Positions 11,501-26,500 of a DNA stretch of 64,000 bases are shown piece by piece (positions within the stretch are counted from its first letter, which is position 1; each line of letters opens with the position of its first letter). The notes under the pieces are model-generated. The model saw only the letters and a program-made list of their open reading frames with translations, was not told the origin of the DNA and did not search any database. The stretch is taken from positions 12,150,818 through 12,214,817 of the forward strand of contig OZ037772.1 of NCBI GenBank assembly GCA_964035545.1, written 5' to 3'. The stretch comes from Bugula neritina (Eukaryota; Animalia; Bryozoa). The translations under genes and the position numbers were made by a program.

Positions 11501-14500
11501 GGCGGCGGTTTTGGTAGGTGATTTCTGCGGGCTGATTGACTGAAATATACACAACCGTTGGTGAATGCTGGTATTCTTGGTTCACCCTATCACAAGGTTT
11601 AATAGGCAGCAGACGGAGCTGGTCATGTGATTGAATGACTAATTCCACTCAACATTGAGTTATATATACAACAGAATCTGCTACTTCTTCACACAGTTTG
11701 AACAGACAATATATTTAAAAGGTACAGTGAAGTTCAGACACACCTCTTCGGAACTGGGCGGAGACAGAATCTCAGAAAGAGGCTTGCCGGAAGGCGGAGG
11801 AGACTTGACAGGTTTGATGACCAGAGGGGGAAGTGCTCCGAGGAGACTGGTGGATGCAGACGGTGACGTCTGTTCATCTGTAAGTATTTGTAATATATAT
11901 GTCAATGTGAGTGCGTAGTAACTAGTAACCAGGGTGAGTAATTAGTCACTAATGTGAGTATCTAGTAACTAGTGTGAGTAACTAGTGTGAGTAACTAGAA
12001 ACTAGTGCCGCCAATCTTAAGCAAAATCTATTTCCTAACAAATAAAGACTCAATTAAATAGAACACATTATTCTCACCTGTAGTCTCCTTATCAGCAGTT
12101 GCTCTCTCCTTCCCTGCTGTCTCTTCAACTGTAGCCTCCACTTTAGTGACAGGTTTAGCAGACAACTCCAGAGTCTCTGCAGGAGTTACTTGAGCTGCTG
12201 ACTCGCTGCCGTCTGGAAGAGAGAGGGGCGGGACTTCCTGTGCAGACGCCGCGAGATGGTCTCGTCTCTCCTTCCACAGACTGATGACTGAGTCTAGAGA
12301 GTTCTGGACCAGCTGGGAGCAGACGGAGTCAACCTGGTTGTTGTCTTCTCTCTGCAGAAAACAGACCAATCAGATCTCAATGTAAACACTGAGAGGTAAA
12401 AATGAGCCAATTAGATCTCAGTCTACACATAATAACCATAGCAACCAAACAAGCAGTCTAATAATTCAAATGAAGACTAGTGCCGTTATTACAGCCTAAA
12501 CTAGCAAAAACAGAGTATTTCATTTAGTTTTTAAACTTAGATTTGATATTCAAATAAATTCATAGCTTCCCACCTTCAGCTTAGCAGTCTCATCAACAGG
12601 CGAAGGAGCTTTTGGAGTTTCCTCCCCTTGTACTTCTGGTGAGGCAGCTTTAGGAGTTCCCTGTTCATCATCTACATACACAGTATATAGAGGTCAAGAG
12701 GTTAGCCTGCAGTTTTTAGCTAATTGAAACTGTCGACTCGATAACTGCTGAAGTGCTCAGTAAATCCATTTTATGGGTTTCAACTGACCATTGATTAGTG
12801 GGATGAATTATATATAGATGTATAGACTAACATATTGCTTCAAAACACAATGTGGTTAGAGTAATGCATTACATCATACACCAAGATAACACAATTACAC
12901 TATATAAACAGAAGCTACGTTACACTATACATACCCAACAAGTCCTCAGCAGACGACTCCAAAGACAGGAGACTCCTGGGAGTTGTCTCCTCCATCACAC
13001 TTAGACCCACGTCTGCCAGCGACTCTACAAGTTTATTAGAACCTCCATAATTATTAGCCCTGTGAGGTCAGGTGAATACAAGGTCAAGAGGTCAAATGAA
13101 TACAAGGTCAGAAGGTCACCTGTTTGTAAATCAGGATCCAACTCGGCAGCGAAAGCCTCCACGGCTGCGGCAGCTGAGCTGATTGCCTTCTCCAACTCAC
13201 TCTCTTCCTCAGATTTCTCCGTCTTGTCTCTCGCCGACGACTCTGTCTGTTTGTCCGACTTGCGGGAGAACTCGAGAAAGTCAGGTGACCGGCTGCCGAG
13301 AGAGAGTTGACTGGAGGAGTCCGAGGTGTTGGCAGCGCTTCGTTCTGTCAGCAGCTTCTCCATCTCCTCAAAGTCTCTCTGCTCTCTCTGCAATGTAGAG
13401 CTCAGTGTAACAGCCAACCAAATCAACCTTCTGCTGACCAATCAGGAAAAGACAAGATAAAAACATTCTCCCACCTCTTCCGTCTCGGAATCAGCAAGTC
13501 GAGGCGTCGACTCCGCAAGACGCTCGCCCGGCTCCAGACCCGCCTCTTCCTGTTTATCTGACGGTTGCCGTGGTGATGAATCAACAGATCCGCCGGCCTC
13601 AGCTAAAGCAGCGTCCAGTTCCTCTTTCAAAGACAGACCAGGGTTCTGTATAACATGCAGTGACTTGGGTACAACAGATACTCTATTATTACTAATATGT
13701 TATAATATTTTATTATAATAGTAATTACTTATGTGATGCACAGCAGAGACTCTGTTCTTACTATTTTAAAAGATATTATTACTATATTACCATTTATATT
13801 TTATGAATATTGTTACTATATAACTATATTATTACATTATGACATCCAACTACTACAACTGATTTATTTCAGGACTTTAGACTGAGAGTCACACAAGCTC
13901 CGCCCACTGACCTGCTCATACGCAGACGGCAGTAAATCTTCCTCCCGAGGTTCGTCCAGCTTGAGGTCAGGTGACCTAACATCGAGCTGTAATTGGTCGG
14001 CCAGGTCAGGTGACTTAATGTTGACAGGAGAGAGAGATTGCTCATCGGCCTTGACGTCTTCATAAGGTATTTCCTCTTCTGTAACACCAAATACACAGCT
14101 TATTATTAGAAACATTGATATAAAGGCAACGCGAGATGTGAGTGGAAAACTCTAAAATAAACAACAATATTCACTTATTTGTAGAAAAAAATTACGGAAA
14201 ATTTCACAAAACAATTTATTGAAAAAGAAGCTTAAAAACAACAAACCGATTGATGAAGCTGTTGAGATGGATGACTTGAGGTCTTCACTCGATCCAGACC
14301 TGTCAAGTGACTTCTCATCACCAGACTTGTCAAGTGACTTCTCTTCAGACTTGTCAACTGATTTATCTCCAGACTTGTCGAAAGACTTTTCAGATTTTTC
14401 TGACGGCTCAAAATCAGACTTGTCCAGTAATTTTATTTCATCAGACTTTTCCAATGACTCAACTTCTGATTTGTCGGCCAGTTCTGCATCATACTTGTCA

Positions 14501-17500
14501 GCTGACTTCTCACTAACAGAGTCATCTTTGGCAGTACTGAAGTCACTGTGATGTGAGTCTTCAGTCTTCTCTCCGTGTTCACTGGGCAGCTCTTCCCTTG
14601 CGGAGTTGTCAACCTATCAAATAGAAAAGGGAGGGATAGCTTCAACACAGGAAAGAGTTGACCAAATAAAATGTCAAGGTTACAGATAGTTGTCATAGAA
14701 TACAACAGGGGAGCCAACAGATATTATGTTTGGAATTACAAAATGACACAACTATTATATTTATTTATAGTATAGTTCCCTTATTTTCTCATATTGCAAC
14801 CAGATCTTTACAACAGATAAAATTGGCTTCTTTAGAACCCTGATTTGTAATAACAGTCACAGCCATAGATAAATCTGGAAAACTCTGTAGATCCAACTTG
14901 TAGTCTTGTGCTCTTTGCACTTTATTCAAAATTTGGCATAGCAACTTTATGAAAATTACATAAAACATTAAATTCCATAAACTCATGGAGTGTAAAAATC
15001 AAATACATTATCAAACATTTCATAACTTATTTACATGCTGGTTTTGCTAATAACTTTGAGAGATGTAGCACTAGACGCCCACCTTAGTTTTAGAAGTTGT
15101 GGTAAGATCTAAGTCTAACAGAGGCTTTTCCTCTTCTACTAGACTCTCTTCCTTCTGCAAGACATTAATCAGGTTATTATTCAGTCAGCATTTCACAAGT
15201 AAGACTAGGAAACCAAGTATAGTACAGGAAACAGGAGACATAGCCTGGGAATTGCTAACCTGATCAACAAATAGCCCGAGATCTAGCAGAGGAGCCTCGT
15301 CATCTGATGGTTCAGCAGTTTGAGGGGAGGCGGAGGCCACACTGAGGATCTCACTAACAGATCTAGACCTTGACCTGCGAAACATCAACAGAAATCATAA
15401 CTATGAGAGAAACTTCAGTATTTGTCATGAATAAGTTTAATATACAAGTTCTATTAGAATAATAGAAGGGAAGTAAACATTCTGAAGAAAAAGCTAAACA
15501 TTGCTTTAAAACAATTGTCAATACAAACTGCAAAAATATTTAAAAGAAAATAATAAAAGCAAGTTTGCTGCTGAGGAATCCCCACCAACCACCTGCACCC
15601 ACGACTCACCTATGTGATGGCGACTGAGAGCGGGTACTTGTGTACGAGGAGGGAGTACGAGATCTAGACCGGCTCTCGGATATGAAAGAAGCCGCCCTGG
15701 ATGACCTTGACCCAGAGCGTCTGCTGCCACTGGAGGGAGAGAGAGAACGACTCCTGTGAGAGCGCTCAGGTGTGACTGACCGAGAGCGTTGGCCTTCTGT
15801 GAGAGTGCGAGAGCTGGCGTCAGAGTCGGATCTACTTCTTCCACTCAACTCATCTTCTGCGGATTTCACTTCTTCTGCGGATTTCACTTCTTCTGCAGAT
15901 CTCATTTTATCTTCTGCGGATTTCACTTCATCTTCTGCTGATTTCACTTCATCTTCTGCAGATTTCATTTTATCTTCTGCAGATTCCAGCACGTCTGCTA
16001 ACTTCTGCTGAGTTTGAGCAGCAGACTTGGATTCTTCCGGAGTGAAGACCGAGTCGTGTATATCTGGAGATTGAGAGAAGACAAGCTCACAAAGTGATCA
16101 CATGACTGTCACATGACACTAGAATTCACATCTATATTAATCACAAGTTTAGCACAACATGAAAACAGTTTTAGAAATTGTCCCCTCATCAACACAGAAC
16201 AACACACTGTGGCCAACACCTTAGTAAGCCGAGAAACTAATATTCATATTTGTAAGGTTTGCTGAAAACTACAGATACTTCAACAATCATGATATAACGT
16301 AACACAACACAGAATAACAGCAACCGGCCAGTATGAAAGGTCTGCCTACCTTGGCCGAGATCCATTAGACTGGGTTCCTCCAACTTTGGCGAGTCGTGTG
16401 TCTTGGCACCCGTCGGAGAAGATACTTTAGTGGAGGAGTCATTGAGATTCATGAGATCCGAGGCTTGGCTCAGGGATGAGTCACTCAGACGTTTGGAAGA
16501 CTGAAGCAGAAGACACGTCATGTGACAAGTTTTACCAAGAGAAAAGTGATGTCTACATGGCACACTGATATTTACACTACACTGATATCTACACCACGGT
16601 GATTTCTGCACCACCCTGATGTCTACAGCATACTGATCTTTACACGACACATTGATGTCTACACCCCACACTGATGTCTATGAAACTCACGTGGAAAGAC
16701 TCGATGCTCTCAGCGATGCTCTCCGACACAGAAGAGTGGGTTTTCTCGCTGACATCGTCAAAGCCATTGCTGTAAGTGTAGTCAGCTGTTAGCGACCTTG
16801 GCGTGTCCTTGACCTACATAGCATGCATACAAATGATATACAATAGGAAGACAGTTCTAGTACAAATGCAGTAGCTGTGAACAGAAAGCATAAACCATGA
16901 TGTCACAAGGGAGTTATGCCATCACAAGGGAGTTATGACACCACAAGGAAGTTACGATATCACAAGAGAGTTATGACGTCACAAGAAGAGTTATGACACC
17001 ATGAGGATAGTTTCTACTCACGTCTTTGTCTGGAGAGGCTCGTACAGATGTGAGTTTACTTGCTGAGGCAGTGAGTCGAGGAGTTGAATCTTCCAGCTGG
17101 CTTTCAGGAGTTTTCTGTGATGACATTATTAAATAATATGAGCAGTTTATAAATAAAATAATACAGCAATTTATAAATAACGTAACACAGTAATTTATAA
17201 ACAACAAATAACTAGTTATAAATAATGGAATGCTTCCACAATCTTTATCTGGCCCTAAGTTTTAACAAAAACAAAAAGGTTTAATAAAACCCCAGAAAGA
17301 AGTAGGAAAGAGTTAAACCAGCAAGAGCAGTGATATTTATGTTATTTGAACATTATATTAGCATACAATGCGATACCTCAATACAAACAACCACAGTGGA
17401 AGAGACTAGCTAATGTAAATTAGTGACATGACAATGAGATATTATTAATCATGAGCAGGAGGTAACCAATACCTCTCTCCGTCGACCTTCGCTCTCTGAA

Positions 17501-20500
17501 TCTACACTTCTTCCCGAGTCACTTCTCTGTCTCTCATACGACGGCTTGTTTAGCTGTAACAGAACAATGGTGTACAGACACTCAGCTGTAACATAATATT
17601 GGTGTACAGACACTTAGCTGTAACAGAATATTGGTGTACAGACACTCAGCTGTAACAGAACAATGGTGTACAGACACTCAGCTGTAACAGAATATTGGTG
17701 TACAGACACTCAGCTGTAACAGAATATTGGTGTACAGACACTCAGCTGCAATATAATTCCAATGATGTACAATAAAACAACCACACAGACACAATGCACT
17801 GCAGAACAGATTATAATACTGACCTGCCCAATAGACTTGCCAACCAGAGGTTTCTGTATGACGCTGGGTTGGGGGGTGGGCTGGTCAGCATCACTTGTCC
17901 CGCTAGAATGTCTCTGCTTGCCATTGTCAGAACCTGAGCTAGAAGGAGCTCGTGGCTGCTTGATCTGAAAACACAGAAGGATATCAGCTGAGAGCGTTGT
18001 TAGTAGAGAGGCCAATTCACTTGTTATAGAGATCAATTTACTTCTGTAGAGATCAATTTGCTTGCTATAGAGGTCAATCAACTTCTGGAGATCGAGTATT
18101 TAAAATCTTGAAAACATCTGCTGAATAGTTTTGATCAACATCATGAGTGTGAAATCAAAACCAATCAGATAGTAAATACTGGGAAGAGTATAGTTATGCC
18201 TGGGAGAGCTATACATGGAGGACTGTAACTAGGGCGGAATGCCTGAGGTAGCAGCTCTTACCTGGGGTCTAACTGACAGGCCGGCAGATGGCGTGGAGAC
18301 GGAACCGGCAGCGGCAGCCTGAGACTGAAGTGCTGCCAAATCCTCCATTTCCTTCTTCATTCTGATCATATCCTCCTCGTAATACTGCAGGGACAGGGAG
18401 TATCAGTATATTAGAGGATATGTCAGTCAACAGTTGGACTCAGAGAGTATCAGTATATTAGAGGATATGTCAGTCAACAGTTGGACTCAGGGAGTATCAG
18501 TATATTAGAGGATATGTCAGTCAACAGTTGGACTCAGGGAGTATCAGTATATTAGAGGATATGTCAGTCAACAGTTGGACTCAGAGAGTATCAGTATATT
18601 AGAAGATATGTCAGTCAACAGTTGGACTCAGGGAGTATCAGTATATTAGAGGATATGTCAGTCAACAGTTGGACTCAGGGAGTATCAGTATATTAGAGGA
18701 TATGTCAGTCAACAGTTGGATTCAGGGAGTATCAGTATATTAGAGGATATGTCAGTCAACAGTTGGACTCAGGGAGTATCAGTATATTAGAGAATATGTC
18801 AGTCAACAGTTGGACTCAGGGAGTATCAGTATATTAGAGGATATGTCAGTCAACAGTTGGACTCAGAGAGTATCAGTATATTAGAGGATATGTCAGTCAA
18901 CAGTTGGACTGGTAATTATTATGTACATGGTAAGCCGTAATTCATGGACACTTACTTGAAGAACCCCTGACACAATTTACTCACGCAGAAGTAAAATATT
19001 CACATACGTATCTTAGTTATCATCTACAGACTGGTTGTTCAGGCAAGGCTATATTTCACATATGGCTGCTTATAAACTTGATACTGGATCAGGTCTAAAA
19101 GATCATAAGACTGATTCACCATATCAGCTGACATAACCGCACCAACTGACCCACCTCAATCTGCATCTTGTACGTGTCCTGCTTCTTCTGGAACTCGTAC
19201 TTCTGTCTCGCCTTCTTCATCATGGCGTGTCGTCTCTTGGCTTCGTCCAGCTGGTGCTGGAGGGCAGAGAGCTGACATTCCTGGTCCGTATCGGAGGCGG
19301 TCTCTACAGACAGGATATGACATAGCTTACACTGTGACTAGGAAAAGGTGGTCTTTACACACAGGAAGTGAGGTCACAAGTTTATTAAGTCATCCCAAGC
19401 AACACTCGGTCAAACCAACCTCGAATATCAAGTGTTAGTCATAAGACATACACTATGAGTAGCACACTAGAAGCATTGCTTAATGTTTCCTTCGTGAAAC
19501 AATGATGTTAATTGGTGCTTGGTGATGAGACGGCAAATTCAATTGGCTAGACAATGGTTGAACACAAAGGTAAGAAAGATGTGGTGGTAGAATACAAAAA
19601 GCTTCAAAAAGGAAAACACTTGTAAAAGCAGTTCACGTCTACATAACTAGCAAATGGCAGAATCAATTTACACCAGGTCAGCACACGCTAATCTGAAGAG
19701 TCAGCAAACACTACTCTCAAGTCAGTCTCAGACTTCTAGACAAAGTAGCAGATCATATTGACCCTGGAATAACTAGGTTATGGCAACACGAGATTCTGGT
19801 ATTAGAAGACAGATCACTCTGACTACTTTTACCTTTCTTCTGTAGCTTCACCTCCTTGGAGGCATTCTTATCATCAGCTTAACACACAGTATAATCATAA
19901 ACATACGAGACTGATGGGCTAAAAGTAGTCAACTTGCTTGTGAACACATTTTACAAAAACTGTTGGCAGCCATTTTATGTGACAAACAGTTTGCAAAGCA
20001 GACGACAAGAGACATCTTGTTCTCTCATTACAATCATGTAAGAGTCATTTTACTTTATTTAGTATAAAGCAGCATTAAAATTTACTATATGGGGTAAATT
20101 TATGTGCTGATTCTAACTATGCATAACAAAGAAAGGCTGGAAGGGGGTTTTGCAACATCAAAGCGCAATCAATTGTCATATGAACTAAAGATAAATGTGT
20201 CACACATGTTTTATCAGCTAAATGGTGAGAAATATCTAATAACTGGAGATCTCAAGTGTGTACTAAATAAAGTAAAATGACCCATAAGAAGCCACAAATG
20301 GCCGTCTACCACATAATCTCAAGTGACGGAAAATGTCTCGTTTCTCAATTTCATTAAATCACTGAGAATATACGAGTACATGGATCACTCAGATACTCTA
20401 CTCCTCTGTCTCACCTAGTAGACTATGTGACTCGTCACTCTCACTGTCGGCTGAGAACGTTGACCTCTTGGTTGACCTTGAACCCGCCGGCCGTCTCATC

Positions 20501-23500
20501 GTCAGTCGCCGGTCAAACCGGGGACTGAGGGGTGCCACCATCGGAGGTTTACTCGGCGAGCTCTTGCTGTAAGACAGGAAATACAAGTCAGCTGACAGGA
20601 AATGCAAATGAGTAGGTAGCAGCATCTACGTCAGCTCAGCAGGATTATATCAACATAACAATCACACACAGTTTCAGTTAATGATTAGTGCAAGGATTGC
20701 ATAGCTTGAGTTTCTACTTACTATGGAGTGCTGAGAGCGGCAGGTGCAGATCCGCCCCCTTCCTTCAGTGAATATAGCACCGACTTCAGTTTATCATAAA
20801 AAGATGGATCAGACTGTAGCTGGGCTGAAGAAGAGTCCTGTGTAACCACAAAATACTAGGCTTATGTAGTGTAACTATACAACACTGAGCTCATGCGGTG
20901 TTATTTTACGGTACTATTTGACTTAGTATAGAAAACATGTTAGAAAACATTGAAATTTGAAAAGTATTTGACACTCTGGTTTAATGGTGGCTGACAGGAT
21001 TGTTTATAACTTTTAACAAGAATTATTAAAATTGTCCATATTCAGGAGTTTACTGCCCCTCCATTCTACATATTAAAAAATATAGTGATGAAAGTGATGA
21101 ACTGATTGCTTTACAAGGTCATGTGATTATTTATAAGGTCATTGATTATCTACAAGGTCATGTGACTATCCCATACTCACGCTGAATACTTCCTTGACAA
21201 CCCCCAAGACAACCTTGTGTAAGGGACTGTCCCCATTAGTAGAAGAGGAGCCAGTATCAGAGAGTCTGTAACAAAATGTTTCAATGTTATAGGAACAGGA
21301 TATCTTAAGACGTGAAAACCAAGTAACGTAATGACTGCCACGACATCACAGAAGCAGACGTACAGCTTAAGCAGACGTACAGCTAACTAGACGTACAGCT
21401 AAGCAGACGTACAGCTAAACAGACGTACAGATAAACAGACGTACACACCTGCTCTTAGACTCAGTTTCCTCTTTAGACTTTGACCTTGACCTAGAGGTCA
21501 GGGAGTCATCTGCCACTGACACAGACACTTTACTGGCTGCCGAGTGTTCACTGATGTCGGTGTTGATGCTGTCTTCCTTGGCTGACTTCACTTCTACAGA
21601 CACACAGACAGACTCTGCTGGTATCTTGTATGGTAATTATGGTGTGCGGATAGCTCAAAGCCAAGCTCTTCAGAATGCAAGAATCACTTACAGTTATGAA
21701 ATGGTCATATTTACAATAATCAAATAACAGAAAATCATTCCACAATACTAAAATTCCTGCAGATAGAAGTTTCACCAACAATGAGCTCATCTTTAGATAC
21801 AAGGTATGTGTACCAGAATCTGTTTTAATCGACGAGCCGTCCCCATCACCTCCCACAATGTTTTCTGTCACAGAAGAGGAACTCTTGCTATGTGCAGTCG
21901 ATTGGTTGACACGGGACAGGGGGGAGGATTTGCTGTGAGAAGATTTGCCAGAAGGTGAGCTGAAGTCTTCACTGTAACTGGCCACAGAGTCGGAGTGAGT
22001 CATGCCATCACTGTGACGAGTTGACGTCGTACTCAGGTCAGACCTGACACAAAGTATTACATCATCACCAAGTATTACATCACTAACTATATGTATTACA
22101 TCACTAACTTCATGTATTACATCACTCACTATATGTATTGCATAAATATATCTGCCAGGTTACCAAGTTATGACTAGAAAAAAACAATGGCACACCAAAG
22201 AAAATATGAAATTAAAAGAAAATAAAAAAGAAGTTACTTAACAGTTGACTAAAAGCTGCATTCACACCAGTGAAGAGGTTAAGACACAAAAACAAACCTC
22301 TCCGCAATATCTTGAAAGCTGAGGTCTGCGGGAGAGCGTAGTTTGCGAGGTCGGGGAGACTTGGTGCCCCGAGGAGACTTTGAGGCGTCTCTGGGAGATT
22401 TGCTAGATTCACGGGGAGATCTTGATGAGACTTTCCGAGATTTTCTCTCCCTGGGAGACTTCCTGTCTCGGGGTGAGTGTGTCCTTGAACTTGACCTTGG
22501 AGATCGCAACAGTTTCCTGTCTACAGGTGAGAGGGCATCTGCCACCTAAACATGAGACGTAACTTCCCTATATGATAGGCAGACAACTCGTAACAAGTAT
22601 TTGAAATTTAAATCAAATTTCAACCGATTAGAATTCACAGTTTTGTGTGTTTTTATAACTCTGAAAAGTATTTAAAATTTAATTTAAATGTCATCTAACT
22701 GGATTTCACAATTTTGTTTGTTATAATAAGAAAAAAAAGCTTCATGATAAAACTAAATTAGAATATTAAATATTTATGATAGAAATGGCTCCAACATGTC
22801 GTATAAAAAGATCTGCTGCCGCCACAGACTTACTCTGATCCCCTGAGGCTCCATACGGGCCAGTCTGAGGATCTCCAGGTTCTGCTGCCGCTGCTGATCC
22901 ACCAGAGTGGTGAGAGATGCAGTCACTACTTCATTCTGAGCCTTCAGAGTGTCTACCACAGACTTAGCAGACGTGGCCAGTTGATTCTCTGAGTCGTTGA
23001 GTCTTCCCCGACGCTCTGCCAGCAGCTTCGAAGCCTGAAACATGTGTATGAATATTATCATGACTGATACGAGTGTATCTGTTATACAATAAAATGATGA
23101 TAGGGAGAACAACTCCCAGCAGTAGAAAAGAAGAGCTCGCAGTAAGAAAAAGTTAGCAAAAGAAAAGCATCAACTAGCTCATCAAGCAAAGTCAAATGCC
23201 ACATTAAATCAGAATGTCCTCGAGCTTCCAGAACAATCTGAACCAGAAGCACCAAGAGTACCAGGCGTACCAGGCGTACCAGGAGTGCCAGAAGCACCAG
23301 ATGCACCAGGAGCACCTGGAGACAGACATAAGAAGCAGACATCACCTCTGTAAAAGCTTTAGTTGATTCAGTCTGCGCCTCCAAAACTCTCCTCGTAGCG
23401 TCTCTGCTCAGCCTCGACGCCTCCACCTTGCTTTGCCTCTCAGCATCCTCTCCTCTCTGATTGGCCAATTCAGCCTCTCTCTTGAACTGAGCAATCTTCT

Positions 23501-26500
23501 GCTGCATTTCCACCTCATCCTGTTTTATCTTCTCCCTGTACAGTTGAAATACTTGTGTTAATACAATAATATCTCGTGTCAAATGAAGCACAGCAGGCAA
23601 TCGAGGTCTCACAGCAAACAGTATTCACATATTATCATTGGTGAGTGGAGCTCTAGTGTCAGCTGATACGACATTAACTGACAAGTTCAATTACTGCTGT
23701 GAGGGGAAGGCTGAGTTTATGCGAGAAAAGAGGAGCAAATATATATTGGTGAAATAAAACGATAAATATAATAGATAATTATATAAATGAAATAAAATTA
23801 ATATATAATAAAAATAAAAAATTTATAAATAAAATACAATAAATACAAAAATAACTATATAAATAAAATAAAATAAAATATATAAATAAAATAAAATAAA
23901 ACTCTTGGACTGCTGGAGTTACACTTTTTTGACATAAGTTGCTACTGACTGTCATGGTTTGTTCGACTTGACCAGCTGCAGTGATATTGTGCCATAGTCT
24001 TTCTATTTCTATTATATGTATTTTTTCTTTCCCCTGATACTTAATACCAGAAAAAAACGCGCAGCTATCGCAGTAACTGAATGTATTCCAACCTCAGGCT
24101 CATCAGATGACGTTCCTGTCTCTCTTTGCTGCCCTTCAATATCTGAGCGAGAGCCACTGTTTCCTGCTGAGCGAGAGTAGTGAAACGTGTCCTCTCCACG
24201 TCTGAGAGCTGAACCTGCTGCTGATTCAATCCCTCGAGGAGAGAGATGCCAGCCGTCATTGCCAGGTCTAAACCCGCAGGAGATATTCTGAAATATGATA
24301 AAATATAACTAAATGGATATAAATTATATTAAAAATGTATAGATTTGAAGGAACTTTGGTGGATAAATTATAATTAGAAAAGTTGAGATTTTACTAAAAT
24401 AAAGAGTTGTGCATACTGTAAAATAAATGGAGATCCAATCAACTAAATTCTAACTGGAGCTTTACCTTAATCATTTAAACTTTTTAACAGAGTTAAACTA
24501 AAAGGCAAATGTAGAGACTAATAAAAATACAAGTTGTTAATAGAAGCTCTGATTATGATTTAGGAAGCAAGAAAAGGAGCAGACAGCCGTACTCACCTGG
24601 GCGCCGGAGCCTGAAGAGCAGTTCGGGGTCGAGCTGAGTAGCTTGGAGGAGGAATGAAGTGTGATTGGCTGGTTATAGGAACACTCTGTGATTGGCTGGT
24701 TATAGGAACACTCTGTGATTGGCTGGTTATAGGAACACTCTGTGACGGTCTGATGGAGGCTGACGTCTGCAGTTGCTGACCAGATGGCTGTGTGAGAGGT
24801 GGTTGAGTGAGAGGTGGTTCTGTGAGAGATGGTTGAGTGACAGATGGCTGAGTGAGAGGTGGTTGAGTGACAGATGGCTGAGTGACAGATGGACGTAGAA
24901 GAGGTGACTGATTTGGTGCGGGGTGACTGTGCAGAGTAACATGACTCATAGTAGGTTGACTAGAGGGCTGAGTCACAGCAGGATGACTCATTCGTGCTGC
25001 CGCTGCCGTACTCGACTCAGCAGACGTGATTGGTTGAATAAAGTTGGACACCAGAGGAGCAGAGTTTGTAATTGGTGACATGTCTGTTTGGATGCCTGTG
25101 GATGCGAGAGCAGCGGTGCTACCGGTGCTACCGGTGCTGCCGGTGGTGGGTAAGAATCTGCCAGAACAGGCCAGCGCCTCTCGGTCAGCTTTCAGTTTGC
25201 GAAGGTAAGTGTTGATGACGCTGTGTCCGTCTCCCCGGTTACTCTCCGAGTACATGAGAGTGCGTGCTACCTACGTAGAGTCAGCACTCAAGGTCATGTG
25301 AAGGTCAAGGACTCCTATGAGCTAGTAGCTCTGATTAACTCAGACAAATCCAACTGAATCTCACAGACAAGACTTACTCACCTTTGCGACAGGCTTAACA
25401 ATGTCTGTGGAAGGTTTTGTAGCCTGGGATCTTAAAGATTGTGAGAAATTGGTGGGACGAGCGAGCGCCTCCCTTATGCGAATGTCAAGACTGCTGAGTT
25501 CACTTTCGTTGTCCGAGAGTTCACTATCAGTTGTGACTATAATATAGACAGTAGCATGACACCCACTTCTACTCATTAGGATGAGAGGCTGGCAACAACA
25601 AGCAGTTCTTGGCAGATGTTGGCAGGTGCTAGCAGGTGATAGTCCAAAGTTTCTCAGAGAAATTATTCACTACTGATAAAAAACTTTTGATATTTTAATT
25701 TTTCTATGCAGACAATTTCTTTAAATTTCATATCAAATAACATTTGGTCAAAGCAAATTTCCTAAAATAATTATCTCATAAATAACAAGAAAAATATGCA
25801 CTGCATTCTGATGTCATTTAAGCAACTACTACGAGACTAGGAGCTGTTATATCTGAGCAGTAGACAAGTGAGAGCAAGTACTTGAAGACTAATATAATAC
25901 AGCTCTTGTAGAGTAGACAAGTGAGAGCAGGTACTTGAAGACTAATATAATACAGCTCTAGTAGAGTAGACAAGTGAGAGCAGGTACTTGAAGACTAATA
26001 TAATATAGCTCTAGTAGAGTAGACAAGTGAGAGCAGGTACTTGCCTGTGCTGTGAGTCTTGGAGGAGTCTGACACTGTGCTGTGTGTGTGGTCCTCCTCA
26101 TCTGTCACTATCTCAGTCGTTGTACTCTCACTTTGGTCTCCTTGAGAATAGAAATAGTAATATTAAACACAAAACTACACCTTGATCTGACTAATCTATT
26201 AAATATAATCAGCAAAAATTCAATGCATTCAAATAACATTGACTGGTCAGGAAACATTAAGAGGTTTAGATTCATGTTTTGCAAAGAAAATGACCTCCAT
26301 TAAAATGGTTATGCATGCATGTATGTGCAAAAAACCAGTTTTTCAATCAAACCAACACTTGAACACAAATTGTTGCTCTATGTGACTTATTTCACTGTAG
26401 CACAGGCCATATTTCTAAGGTAACAACCCAATAAACTGTATTCAGACAGATAGAGGAACAACATGGCATAAGAAAATAATCATTTGTACAAGCAGCTATG

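Noticed and set aside
18394-18910. CRISPR-like regular repeat
   Set aside because: The copies are head-to-tail with no unique spacers, there are no cas genes, and the context is a eukaryotic intron.
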